From the NCBI RefSeq assembly GCF_001194135.2, contig NC_068986.1, positions 37,980,526-38,044,525 on the forward strand: a stretch of DNA of 64,000 nt, given 5' to 3'. This DNA comes from Octopus bimaculoides (taxonomy: Eukaryota). Shown in pieces: positions 39,187 through 52,320 of this stretch. The notes beneath the pieces were generated by a model that made no database searches, had not been told where the DNA came from, and saw only the letters and a list, made by a program, of their open reading frames with translations. Within the stretch, counting starts at the first letter, position 1, and each line of letters begins with the position of its first letter. A program made the translations under genes and the position numbers.

Positions 39187-40397
39187 GTGAGTAGAACATT
39201 AGCAAAATAATTTCAAGTCACAAAATTCTCCTGAAGAATAATTTCAGAAAGATGAAAAGTTTTGAAAGATCTTTTTGAAAATAATTTTGAAAGAATAAAA
39301 GCATTCAGTATCCAAAAATAAGTTTTAAAGATAATCATTGCATTACATGGTGGTGCTCTATAATGTATAATATTGTCCTTTGCCTCCAGAATTAGTTTAT
39401 TGTGTCAAATAATCAATGAATATTTGTTATCTCATACTTGAATGAGATAAACATTGGTTATACTTGCATAACAAATGGAATAATTTATTTGATGTTTCCT
39501 AACTAGATACTCCTTTGTATTACTTCTATTGTCATGCAGAGAGTGACCTTTCCATATAGTGTCCATGGATAAGTTGAGCTTATTCTGTTTCATTTTTGAC
39601 AGGTGGCTTGATACACTATAAACTCAGTCAGTGACAACTTTCTGCTAAAGTTGGGTGGTGGAAAATTTGATGTAATAAACTAAAAACATTTTAATTAATT
39701 AAAATTATACACTCAGTGGTGAGAACAATCATAATCTAAATGTTTAGTTTTGATTTTTAAAAAATAAGGGGCACAACTTCAAAATTTTAATTAATTAAAA
39801 TGAATTGAATATGGAATGTATCCAGGAGTATTAAATTTGTAAAGTGCTTATATTTTATTTAATCTCTTTGAAGAATGTAAGCAGAGTTAAATAAACATGA
39901 CTAAAACAACAAAAAGAAATAAGTCTCAAGATTCTTCAGAAACTGCATTGCAAGTAATACATTAGTGATTGACCAGATTGCAAATATCTTTATCCAGGTG
40001 TCATTGCACTATATATTAAACTATGTGTGGTTACATTTGATATCATTTAATAATAACAAGACAATTTTAGTTTTGATGAACTGTATGCTATTCATATTTA
40101 GCAAGCCATACTAATTATTTTCAGGTAAACATTGCATTCCAGGGAGTAAGATTCTAAATTTAAGATGTGTCCTTTAGAAAGACACTTGTGTACAGTTTGC
40201 ATATGGCTCAATGCCTAATTATCAAGTTATATTTAATTTATTGTTATTTCCATTATAAAATAAAATATATAATAATTTTTCAAAATAATTCATCATTAGA
40301 GATTACTTATTTTTTAGTGTTTACGTTTTCACTACATTTTCATCTGTGTAGTTTCTGATAGCTATCAGGTGTATTATGGTTGATGAATGTGTACATA

Positions 40398-41648
40398 CGA
40401 GAGTGAGTCAAAAAGCAATGCCATTTTCTTTATTTCATGTGAAGTTTTTGATAAAAATAACTGAAAATTTTCCCAGTTATAAATGATTATATCATTTATG
40501 CTCTGGAGTATTTTGTTTCTTACTTTTCAGGTTTTTAGACTGGTAACGAAAATTCAAAATGGCAGCCCCCTTAGAGTTACATCAAAAGCAAAGAGCAGTG
40601 ATTGAATTTCTTGTTGCTAAGGGGGGAACCCCTGTGAACATTCACTGACGATTACAAAATATCTCTGAGGACAATACTTTGGATTATAGCAATGTATGCA
40701 GGTGGGTCCGTCATCTGAAAGATGAAAAGGTTGGAACTGTGAGTGTAGCCGATAAACCCCGTTCTGGCCATCCGTCCGCTCTTGTGAATCCTGCTAATAA
40801 AGCAAAAGCTGATGCTCTGATCAGAGAAGACAGGTGCATAACTCTTGATGAGTTGGCAGAAAACCTTGAAGTGATCCATAGAAGTGCTTACAACATTGTC
40901 GAATCACTTGGCTTTTCAATTGACTACCGAATGCAAGACTGACAGGGTCAATGCCTGCACTGAACTTCTCGAACAAAGTCAAAGAGACAACACCTTCTTT
41001 CAAAGGCTCGTAACAGGTGATGACACATGGGTTCATTATTATGAACCGGAATCAAAGAGGCAGCCAATAGAATGGCACCACTCTACGTCACCACCACTGA
41101 AAAAGTTCAAGACACAAAAGTCAGCTGGTAAAATCATGGCGACTGTCTTTTGGGATGCTCAAGGTGTCATTCTGGTCGATTTCTGAGGCCTACATTGAGA
41201 CCCTAGTGAGGCTTAGAGCAAGAATTCAATGAGTAAGACCCAACTTGCCAATTGACAATGTCCTCCTTCTGCATGACAATGCTCAACCACACACATTCAG
41301 GTGGACAACTTTACCGCATCCTCCATATTCACTAGATTTATTGCCTTCAGACTATCATCTCTTTGGCCCCATGAAAGAAGGCTTGAGAAGCAAACAGTAT
41401 TCCTGTGATGAGGAAGTGAAAACTGTAGTGAAGAAGTGGCTCAAATAACAGTCAGCAGAATTTTATGGGGCAGGGATACATGCTCTCATTCAAAGATGGA
41501 ACATTGCTATTGAGAGAAATGGTGACTATATTGAGAAGTAGGGATGTGATCCACAGAGGACCAGTTTCATTTTGATGTATGATATGTTCCTGTGTTGTTA
41601 ATTATGCCTGTCCTAAACAAAATGGCATTACTTTTTGACTCACCCTTG
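40398..41648 (+). mobile_element. Full-length defective mariner (DD34D) DNA transposon, 1251 bp, in RNF32 intron 7
   Basis: About 30-bp TIRs CGAGAGTGAGTCAAAAAGCAATGCCATTTT / CAAGGGTGAGTCAAAAAGTAATGCCATTTT with TA on both flanks. Transposase remnants QRAVIEFL, DKPRSGHP, VTGDDTWVHYYEPESK, KIMATVFWD, LLHDNAQPH and PHPPYSLDLLPSDYHLF, broken by stops and frameshifts. Confidence 0.95.
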
Positions 41649-42109
41649 TAAAAGCAGACTAGATTCAAAGTAAGAAATCGAAGGTAATAATATTCTTGCC
41701 ACTAGTACATGCATCAGTGGATAAGACTCCTAATTTATTAATAAAGATTGTTATTTTAAATCCACCCTGATACTATCTCTTTACTAGTTTCAGTCATTTG
41801 ACTGTGGTCATGATGGAGCACCACATCAGAGAATAAGATACTTAATGATGATTAGAAATAAAAATGTAATGTAGATGTAAATATTAAGAAAAGATAATTA
41901 AAATTAATCTGTAAAGATGAAGTTAATGACTGAAAAATTGAAGAGCATACTGCTAAAAGTGCCTGAGACATTTATTTTTGTGTTTTGTGTGATTAAAAGT
42001 ATAGGGTTTTCAATTATAATTTTTTTAATAACAAATCATCTAAGACTTAGGTATCACTAAGAGAATATAAGTTTAAATTACTTTTTAAAAAACAATCTCT
42101 TTTTTACAG

Positions 42110-42403
42110 GCTCTACAACGTGAACATTTGGACTGTCCCATTTGTGTTACTTCAATAACTATTGATAATGGACTAATTCCTGAAACAAACTCTATATTTG
42201 ATTTGGAGTGCAGAACTCAGGATCTTTCTGGAATACCATACACTTCAAATTCACCAAAACGAGTAGCTTTTCTTTTGTCATGTTCCCATATTTTCCATAA
42301 AACCTGCCTAGAGACATTTGAATCTTTTATGAGAGATTCTACTCCACTGGTATGTCCTGTATGCAGATCATTGTACAGCAAAAGGTTATTGTCAGCCATC
42401 TAA
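42110..42403 (+). CDS. RNF32: RNF32 last coding exon, RING2 (ALQREHLDCPIC...LLSCSHIFHKTCLETFE...CPVCRSLYSKRLLSAI*)
   Basis: TTTTTTACAG acceptor; RING-H2 ligand pattern; stop TAA at 42401-42403. The 8 exons sum to 1104 nt (367 aa + stop) with no frame break. Confidence 0.93.
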   Translation, partial: ALQREHLDCPICVTSITIDNGLIPETNSIFDLECRTQDLSGIPYTSNSPKRVAFLLSCSHIFHKTCLETFESFMRDSTPLVCPVCRSLYSKRLLSAI

Positions 42404-44009
42404 ATGAAAACAGCCATGATCAATGCAACATATTTCTATCAGTGCACAAACATACATGTATACATAGTAATCCTGAAGCTTGTGGAATAGACACATGTTA
42501 TCTTGCTGTGAGAATACTTATTAAGAGACATGTATTTCATTTACAAAGCATTGAGAGACAAATTAATTTTATTCTTGACAATATTCCACACAGTTGATAC
42601 TTGATTACTACAAAGTAGGGATCATTACTTGAGTTATATACAGATTTACTAAGGCAATGTAAATGATTTTTTTTTGTTTGTTTGTTTAGATGAATATAAT
42701 TAAAGTGTACAAGATGTAATGTCTGAGCAATTGCATGAAAGAGGTTATAATGATGAGAGGTATCAAATTATAAAATTTAGGAAATGTAAACACAGCAAAA
42801 TTTTTCTATTGAGATACTTTCTTCGCTTTGTACAAAAAAAATAAATAAATAGATATGAAATAAAAGATAATACAAATATCAGACAGTCTACATAGAAAAA
42901 TAAATTGGATGAAATGAAAGTGAAGTCCTTTCATATTTGTGTGTACATGTATTTAATTTCTTTACAATTTTTTTCACATTTTTCAAAATCCTTGCTTAAA
43001 CAGAAGGAACAAAATGGAGACAACCTAGAGATGCTTTAGCTTTATCAAGGATAATTTTTCTAGTGTCAGCAGCATTATAAAATGTACCCAACCTAGGCTG
43101 TAAAGTGATTTGTGTTTAGAAGGGCATTCAGCTTTAAAAATCATGGTGAAAAAAAACAACAAACAGTCACAACGCAGGATCGAGGAAAACTCCTTTAACA
43201 CTGGTGGAATAATAAAATGCACCTCCCTTGTAAAATAGTTGATGATAGAAAAGACACCAAGCCATAGAAGCCATGTGTGAAATTACAATATACCAACAAC
43301 AGAGCTGGCTGAGTTTTTTTCTCTGTTACTGTTTGAGCGAGATTACAAAAGATGGTGTGATGCAGCAAGATGTTTTTGAGACTCTGCCAACCCATGCCAA
43401 CATGGAAAAATGGACATAAAATTATGATGAGCAAATATCAAACATATAAACCAATCTACACCAATTATGATCAAACACTTGAGTTACTCAGTAACAACCT
43501 TCTTTTTTTAGAAAACATTGTAGTGGTTTGCTAATGCAATGCAGGACTATATTGCTTAACTGACAACAGTATAATGAGGCCAGCAAAGGTCATAAGAACC
43601 ATCTATCCTCCTTGAACTTAGGGGGCTCAGTCTGAATCCTATTTTAGATATAGTTTCAACTGAATTGATGCATGCAATATGAGAAGGAAACTTACATGAG
43701 CTACAATGGAAAGAGGTTAACAAGAACGGGTAAAAAAAAAAATATTTTCGTAGATAATGTTGCCAAATTAGTTATATGTTCTTAAAGTAGATTTTGAAGA
43801 CATACATGTATTGTTTCTAATTTCAGTACAAGGCTAGTAATTTTGGGAGATGAGGTTGGTTGTTTATATTTACCCATTATTTTTTGGCCTTTATTTCATT
43901 TTTCTATTCTATATGAATAAGAAAAATTGACAAACATTTTAAGATAAATTTTAAAATCAAGACAAATTACAACCAGTGAAGTCAAAATAGTACTGGACAA
44001 CTATGTTGT

Positions 44010-44090
44010 AGTTCTAACAATCCTACTCTATGCAGATGACATCAGCCTACTATCTGACTGTGGAAGTGAATGCAAGAGCTCTCTAATGAC
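44010..44090 (+). mobile_element. Small LINE RT fragment (ILLYADDISLLSD)
   Basis: YADD catalytic motif in an otherwise non-coding region. Confidence 0.55.
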
Positions 44091-44572
44091 AAGAAGCACT
44101 GCTCTGTGTGAATGACTTCTAATACCTAGGCTCATGAATCAAAGGAAGGCACATCCCATTCAGGCATATGTGTATGTACTAAAGAAGAAACAACTGATGA
44201 GCTAACAAGTTAACTGAAGGTATCACTGGGGAACTCATCTGAGGACAACCTAAATAATTTAAGATATCAAAGATTCATATCCACTATCATCTCATCTAGT
44301 TACAAGTAGTATATTTTACAACTTAGCAGCACAGAACTTAAATTGTTAAGTGATTTGTTAACTAGCACTACTAAATTTCCTTCTTTCTATGAAAACAGAT
44401 TGTCATCCTTCCTGCTAACGGCATAAAATTAAAAGAAAACCTTAACTAGTGAACCAAAGAGGCCCTTGAATTATATTAATTAAAACATGTAGGCCATTAT
44501 GATTCAGTTGGCAGCAAATTGCCAGGGTTGTGAAAACATAAGACAAAATACCTTGCAATATTTGTTCTAGTT

Positions 44573-45215
44573 AAGGAGGTGAGCTGGCAGAAACGTTAGC
44601 ATGCCAGGCGAAATGCTTAGAGGTATTTCGTCTGTCTTTACATTCTGAGTTCAAATTCTGCTGAGGTCGACTTTGCCTTTCATCCTTTCAGGATCAATAA
44701 GTACTAGTTGCATACTGGGCTTCATCTAATCAACTGGTCCCCTCCACCAAAATTTTGGGCCTTGTGCCTAGAGTAGAAAAGAATATTTATTCTGGCTGTA
44801 AGGTGGCAAGCTGGCAGAATTGTTGAGTACTGGGGTTGATGTTACTGACTTTCCCCATCCCCTGAAATTGCTGGCCTTGTACCAAAATCTGAAGCTAATA
44901 TTTGTTCTGGCTGTAAGGCAGTGTGCTGGTAGAATTGTTAGCATACCAGGCAAAATGCCTAGCAGCATTTTGTCTATCTTTACGTTCTGAGTTCAAATTC
45001 CATTAAAGTTGACTTTACTTATCATCTTTCTGGGGCTGATATAGTAAGTACCAGTTGAGCACAGAAGTCACTGTAATAGACTGGCTCACTCCCCCAAGAT
45101 TTCAGGCCTTGTGCCTATAGTAGAAAAGAATATTTGTTCTGACTCTCTGCCAGTTCAAATTCCACTGTGGTCAACTTCGCTTTTCAGGGTTTGTTATACT
45201 AAAGTACTAGTTTAG
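44573..45215 (+). mobile_element. Cluster of 3-4 copies of the same SINE (AAGG.GGTGAGCTGGCAGAA...GAGTTCAAATTC...CTTTGCCTTTCATCC)
   Basis: Heads at about 44573, 44799 (internally deleted) and 44916, plus a partial copy at about 45150. Confidence 0.85.
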
Positions 45216-46714
45216 GGAGGTGGAGTGGTAAATTTGTTAGCACTTCAGATGAGATGCTATGTGGTATTTATTTTTAATTTATCACCTGGTTTAACTCCAC
45301 TACTTGGTTCTTCAGTGCCTTTAGTGGAATTCATTCTGTTGTAAGCATCTGGATCAAGTCTGGTTTGTGCAGGAAAGGAATTCCAGACTGATGATGTTCT
45401 GAAAAGAAAGATCTGAGTGCAATGGTTAATACAGATCCTAGGAATGGACACAATATGTGTGATAAAGGAAGGTAGAACAAGTAAGGCAAGAGTGTCAGAA
45501 TGAATGTGACACAAGATCAGTTAGCTCTGAGGAGAAAAGGGTCACTGTAATAGTAAAAGAAAAGGCAGAGAGAGGATCAGAAGGTGGAATGTGTTGGCAA
45601 GCAGTTTCATGCAAATCATTTGAATGGCTCAGTGACTAATACTAATTTAATCTACTCTTGGCAAGTATGGATGGCAATTGTGGACACGTTTCGGTCTCAA
45701 TAAAAACAAAACAAAACAAAAACGTAACTTGACTGTTATGTCACATACAGATGGGGACCCAAGTAATTTCCCTGTTTTTATTCTTTGGCATACAGGGTGT
45801 TAGCATAGACCTACTTGGTTGCCGTTGAAGCGCCATTAAGCAGTTGCTACAACAGAAACATAAACAAATATAACAGGATCTTCAATATTTCCCACACGCG
45901 CTACTGTCACTCATTTCAATGTATATCATTCATCTGAGTCAAAGACCAAGTTGCTTGACCTGCTCAATCTAACACCTAGTTTTCAAGCTTTTCTGTATAG
46001 TTTCCAGACTGGAAACTCCACTGATAATATAAATGGTAATAACGTTTTATTAGTGTCTTGAGTATCAGAATGTTGAAATATGTTCTCAGTGGCACCCAAG
46101 TTTTGATTTACAGTTGTACCTCTTTCATTTTACATGGTAATGGTATAAACGTAATATCGGAAAATTGTACTTTAGTCTTCAAAAAAATCGCAGGCTGAAG
46201 CGGATAAAAGAATTATTGATGTTTTATTTTCTTATAGAAGAAAATTGTTTGCTTACTTAAGAAACTTTTTGACTGAAAACTTAGAAATGATACAATGATG
46301 AATTAAAACGGAATTGCATTGAGAATGTCTAAAGTTTCAAGTAGTATGTTTCTGCGTACTTTTGTGTGAAATAACTGAAGATTTATTTTATATATTTTGA
46401 AGATATTGAAGTAAAAGGATTCATCGTTTTGACCTTTATGTTAACGTAAACACCCATCACACTTTCTCTTTTTTTTTTATGATAAGAGTTTTACAATTTC
46501 TTGAATTTAAAAAACATTTTAAATATATATACATATTGAAGCATATTATGAATATAAACTTCCTGATTGTAGATCCGAAGTCAGCCTACTAAGTGTTAAT
46601 ATATTCAAAATATTTCGGCAAGGCACTTAGATATTATTAGAAGTTTAGTGGGTTCTAAGTAGATACAGCTAACGACTCTGTGAAATAATGGTTGACAATT
46701 CTGATCAGCTTCTG

Positions 46715-46794
46715 CCAATAGGTCCATACCGCAAAATGGCTGCCAAATCCGGCATGTAATCTACGTTAGCACCTAGTTTTGATCAGTATCTTCG
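46715..46794 (+). promoter_or_regulatory. Putative TBRG4 core promoter and non-coding first exon (CCAAT 46715-46719, YY1-like CAAAATGGCTGCC 46732-46744, donor G|GTGAGT at 46795)
   Basis: Motifs read directly, in a CpG-retaining stretch. The strong donor has no other + strand acceptor partner I could find before the TBRG4 acceptor at 52305. The link to TBRG4 is inferred. Confidence 0.55.
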
Positions 46795-47034
46795 GTGAGT
46801 TTTTGCGATTTCTTTTTCATTGAAAACTGACATTTATATTCGTAAAAATAAATTTACAATACTTTATTTTGTCTCATCGTGCATTGTATTTTCTTATAGT
46901 TTAATAGTGCCGGTAATTGTGGTTACACACCTCACTTTTACTTCTGTCAGTTAATATCCTTCATAAGACATTAATTTATTGCAATAATTTTTTTTTTGTT
47001 GGAATATAGCATTTGCACATTACTAATATAATAA

Positions 47035-47045
47035 ATATATATATA

Positions 47046-47090
<45 letters not shown>

Positions 47091-47094
47091 ATGC

Positions 47095-47125
<31 letters not shown>
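47035..47125. repeat. Compound (TA)/(TG)n microsatellite
   Basis: Read directly from the sequence. Confidence 0.9.
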
Positions 47126-47137
<12 letters not shown>

Positions 47138-49569
47138 GTAGATAGGTAGTTCACATATATGTTTATACATCGTGTTTTCTAATAGATGCATTAAACAAAA
47201 CTATATGTTTTGCTATTACGTTTTTGTTTCTAATCTCCTGATTGTCATATTTCACCCAATTTCTTAAAGATGGTTTAACAGCACTTAATTTGAAGGCCTA
47301 ATTACTGAAGATTATTATTATTATTATGAGTTCTTCAGTATTGTCCTAATTTTTAAAGATTTTGTTTAATCGATCGTTTTGTCTATCTTATAGACCAATG
47401 TATGTTTTTAATCCGATAACATTGTGTGATTTTCGGTCGGGTTCAGCATATCTAGTGATTATATTCACAAAGTCAGTTTAATAGAATAGATCTGTGGTGA
47501 CAAGTGTTCCAAACATGACCATCTTGTCTTTTTTCATGCAAAGTACCTAGGACTACTTTATCCAATGCCGTCTCGCTTCTTTTTTTGTTTTTTTTAAGAC
47601 GACACAGTATGATTTAAGAGACGTTTGGCTGCCATTTCTAGCATGTTGAGCGATCACATACAAGTTCCTTTTTTTGACTTGTATACCGCACCGTAGAAAA
47701 TATATATGAACCACAACAAAGATTAATCAAAATTATGCATTTAGTGTCTTAAATATTTGCTCTATTGCTTCAATTAGATCATTTCTTATCCACTCCAAAC
47801 TAAAGACTTTTCATATATATATATATAAAGGACGGAGAGAGAGAATCATAATTCTGTCTGTAGCTGTAGTTCAATTCGGTCTCTACCCATACCACATTCT
47901 GTTGATTAAAAGACACGACTTTTACAACCCGACTATTACAGCCAGATCTAGTGTTTATATGAAATGTCCGTAATTTTGCATATTTAAGATTAATGATATT
48001 TATAATAACTCAATGCAGCTTCCACTTGAGATATTGTTTCTAATTTTTATTCTATGCCTCAATAAATACTTTACATTCTTTTGGATTTTGCACAACTTAA
48101 TTATCTATGCAGAATGTCGGGTGATCGTTTCAGTGACTTAAAGAAAATATGTTAATGTTTATATTATTAAATTTTATATGTCGTAATTATTTTGAAGTCA
48201 GATGATTTGTTCACTAAAACAAATAAGCTTTTGCGTTTATCGGGTGTTTTGAATTATCTTTGTTTAAAATCCATTCATATTCCATGTCACGTATCGTTTT
48301 TGCGTGACCTCTGTCATTCAGTAAAACTGCATAGCTTCAAGTTTTTAGATTAGGCTAGTTTCAGGTTAGTTATTTTGATTTTATTTGTTAATTATCAGTA
48401 TTAGAATACTGTCTTTTTGTCATGAAAACACTTGAGCAAGTTTCTTTTCTGATTCGAAATCCTGTCGCTGACTTTCTGCAGCACTACGTCATTTCACATG
48501 TTCAACAAGAGATAAACTTGACACTTTCGAAAGGGGAAGAAACTAAAGGTCATATGAATATATTTAATCGAATATATTACGAAAGTATCAACGAATTCTA
48601 ACGTTTTAACTGAAAGCTGATAACTTACTCGGGATATTTTTTTTTACTGATTATTGGGAAGTAAATATATATATCAAGTACATCTAAAAAAATGATCATC
48701 AGCTATAGCAGGATTTTTTTCCTTGTTGCTTTCCATCACCTGCTCCCACCTAGCGATTAGGTATACGTCCTCCTTTGATGATGTTTATTTAGGTTTATGA
48801 TTAAAATAAGTTAATGTATTTTTGTACTGTTTTGTTTATTCCATAGTTAAAAGAAGGTCAATGTCCATTGAGTTTCCAAGTCTCTCTTTGTCTGGATAGG
48901 AAAAGCTAGATATCGAACACAAGTAGAGTAAAGGTTTCAAAGGAATGTAGCAGATTAAACATGATGTGCTCAATGGACCTCATATCTTTTTTTTATTATT
49001 ATGTTGAAGAGAGGCTTCAGTCATATGAAAAGATCATATGCTGTTAAGCACCAATTGGCAGGGGCAAGTTTACAATTTTAGATCCTTAATTACATAGTAG
49101 CGTTTCGTTTCTGAGAAACCTTGCTCTTTTCATGAGAACTTACTGACATTTAGTAGCACAAACTAGCAGGTGAAGCGTCTAGATAATCTTCATATCAAAT
49201 GTTAATTATATTTTAATTATTGTTGTTTAGCCCCAAGTGGGCGCTTATTGAGCAGATTTATGATCAAAACTATTCCAGCCATAAATGTTTTGTCGTCCTC
49301 TCATATTCAGGGAATTCAAGGCTACATTAACCAAAGTGTCATTTTCTAAGATGATAGAATGTCAATGTAGGGAATTTGTTATTTTTACCTGGTCAAGCAA
49401 AAAGTCGAGAGAATATGAGCAGTTCTGTTCTGATATAACTACAGTAGCTAAGAAATAGTGTTCTAGTTAGATATGTGAGGGAGGGATGGGTATTACAAAG
49501 ATGTGTTTCTGGGAAGGCCTGATAGGTACAGATTAAGTGTGGGGGCATAGACATTAGCAATATGCTCTT

Positions 49570-50870
49570 GGGAGCACAACAAACCACCTTTCATTTTGGT
49601 CTTCATCATTTCCTTCATGAGCCTCAACAACCTGAGGTCAGATTCTACATCTTCCTGGGTCTCCTTCTTCCACAAATTGTTTCTACATTTAGTGATCAGC
49701 ATGTCTTTATCCATATATATCATATGACCATACTAGTGTAGTCTTTTCTGTAGCATACTACATCTGATGCCTTTTATGACATTTTCCTCAACACGTTTTG
49801 CATTGTCGTACATGCACACTGGCATTGCACATCCAGTGGAGCATGCTAGCTTAATTTCTACATAGTTTTTTTTAGTTTCTTGCCTGTCTTCTGCACTCAG
49901 GGCTCACACTTCACTACCATATGGCATTGCTGTTTATAATGCATCATACAATCTGCCTTACATTCTGAGAGAGAGGCTTTTGTTACCAACAAAGGTAACT
50001 GCTCTGAACTTTCTCTGGCCAGTTCGTATCTTAGCAACTATACTTTCAGAACATCCTCCTTTACTGCTAATTATCACCTAAATAACAAATTGTCTAATAC
50101 CTCTAAGGATCCTCATAAGCATTTGAGAAAAATCTGTTTTTTGTGACTTCTTAATGTTTACACTGGATACACCATATGAAATTACTAGCTACACCTTTTC
50201 TATATTTCAAACCAGACCATTTTCCTGAAGGGATAAGTGTACCATCTGTTTTCCTGTTTACTAGGGCTTTAGTCTTTTCTAAGTTAACTTTAAAACCTTT
50301 TAATTCCAGAAATTGCATCCTCACCTCGAATTTACTACAGCTTTAACTATAAAAACAAGTTCAACAGCATAAAAGTTCTCATGGGTAACTAGTCTTAAAC
50401 TCCTCTATTATAGTCTGGAGGGCTATGATATATAGAAGGAATTGTGAGCCAAACCCTGGTAAATTTCTACCTGCTCACCAAATTTTCCACTACTCATTTT
50501 TAACTCTCACCTTACTACCAGAAGACTTGTGCATGGTTTGGATGGCTCTCACCAGCCATTCATACTCCTAGCTTTCATAACAACCACCAGATTTAGGAAT
50601 GAGGCACCCTGTTGAAGGCTTTCTTCAGGTTTATGAAAGCCAAATACACTGGTTTACTTTTGGCTAAATACTTCTTGTGCAGTTGCCTTACTAAGAAGAG
50701 AACATTAGTGGCACTTCTCTCTACCCCAAAACTGAACTACTTCTCATCTACTTCTTATCCTTGGTTGTGCTACATCTCTTTCTTTGATACCAGCAGTTGA
50801 TACCTCTGTAATTACTCCTCTCTAAGGTATCTCCTTTATCCTTGCTACTCTCCTAGATGGATTGTGGAAC
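49570..50870 (-). mobile_element. Decayed RTE LINE copy, antisense, in the putative TBRG4 intron 1
   Basis: Reverse-complement similarity to the RT and C-terminal part of the 9.1-kb copy (AAGGCTTTCTTCAGGTTTATGAAAGCCAA, CAGAACATCCTCC, TTCCACA...AGTGATCAGCA). Confidence 0.75.
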
Positions 50871-51955
50871 TACATCTCGCTCATAAGTTTTATCTCTGGT
50901 TTGATTTCTACAGCTGGATGCCCTTCTTAAGATCAGAGTGTACTGGGTACATTTTTTTCATGGTACCTGCACTAGGCTACTTATTGTGTCTTTGACAAGA
51001 CTAAAGGATCCTCCCAAGTTTACACTTACCAGAGTGTAATCAATGCATTAAAGAGGATTGGACTGAAAGAGTGATGGATGGTGAGAAGTTGATGACAAAT
51101 AGCAAGAGTGGATGTTGATACCAAATGATTAGTGGGGTGTATAGTTAGATTCCATGGAGTATATGCAAACCTGATGAGGTTCCTCAAGATGGTGAGAGAG
51201 TTGGGTTATAACAGTTTCCTCATAAATTAATAATCTTATTCCATGAGCTGGTGTACTCAGTTCATTCTTCTCCATTTATTGTCAGTCCTTTATATTCATT
51301 ACCCAAGTTGTACATCTTTTAATCATCCCTCATATAGATAGTATGTTGTACAGCAATGATCACCCACCTTTCTGCTATAGTCTGCTGGAACTATTCAACA
51401 ATAAAGTACGTTTTTCAAACCTCCCACACTTGTATTTATTTACTATAAACTAAACATCATGTTATGTTCAGAGTAGCTATTTTGGCAAACATCTTTCAAG
51501 ATAAATGTGAACATAAAACCTTTTTGCTTTGATTTGAAAACTCAACTAATTTTGAATGGGAGTTGATTCAGGTTTTCATTCCTGACTCAATCAAATGGAA
51601 AAATCTGTTTTCAGGGTATATATATATAAAGCAATGTAATGATTATTATCTTGATCTAAAACTGCACATTTTCCAGTAGTGTTTAACCCTTTAGCCTTTT
51701 AACTGGCCTCTCATAAATACCCTATAATGATGTGTGAGTGTGTTGCAAGAGTCAGAAGCTTGTTTACTATGTGATTGTTGGGAGTAAGCACATTATGGTA
51801 ATGTCTGATGAGTTGTTGTAATCAACTTTGTTAGATATACAGTTTGGATAATTTATGATATAAAGAGATTTAGTTGTGACACTAATGTGTCACTTATGGT
51901 GTACTCCTTGTGTTATTTTTATCATTTTTGTATTAGGATATAGTATGCGCATTAA

Positions 51956-52175
51956 CCCTTCAGTATTTAAATTGACCATATAAAGCCCAAATATTCTACC
52001 TGTTTTATGTTCAAACTGGCCAGATCCAGCATCTTGCACCTACCTTACAATGTCAGTCTAAAAATAAATAATCGCATCATTGAAGTATTGAAGCCACAAG
52101 ATAATGCATGATTCATTCAAAACAATGTAAATGAATAAGCATTACATTTGATAGAGTAATCTGAATGCTAAAGGG
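51956..52175. mobile_element. piggyBac-like MITE, 220 bp
   Basis: TTAA at 51952-51955 and 52176-52179; TIRs CCCTTCAGTATT / CCCTTTAGCATT; internal CAAACTGGCCAGATC shared with the copy at 4.3 kb. Confidence 0.8.
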
Positions 52176-52320
52176 TTAATATTTTAATTTTGTTCCTAAT
52201 TAATTAAAATAAACCTTCATGCTAAGATTAATTAATCTTTGTATATTTGTTTTTGTAATTGTATTTTATCAAATAAATTGTGCAAAGATCTTTTTTCTTT
52301 TCCAGTTTCAACTATTTTCT

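Noticed and set aside
52219-52320. Upstream ATG and hydrophobic N-terminus of the 509-aa ORF
   Set aside because: Mostly intronic AT-rich and pyrimidine-tract sequence before the 52305 acceptor; the first exonic ATG is 52321.
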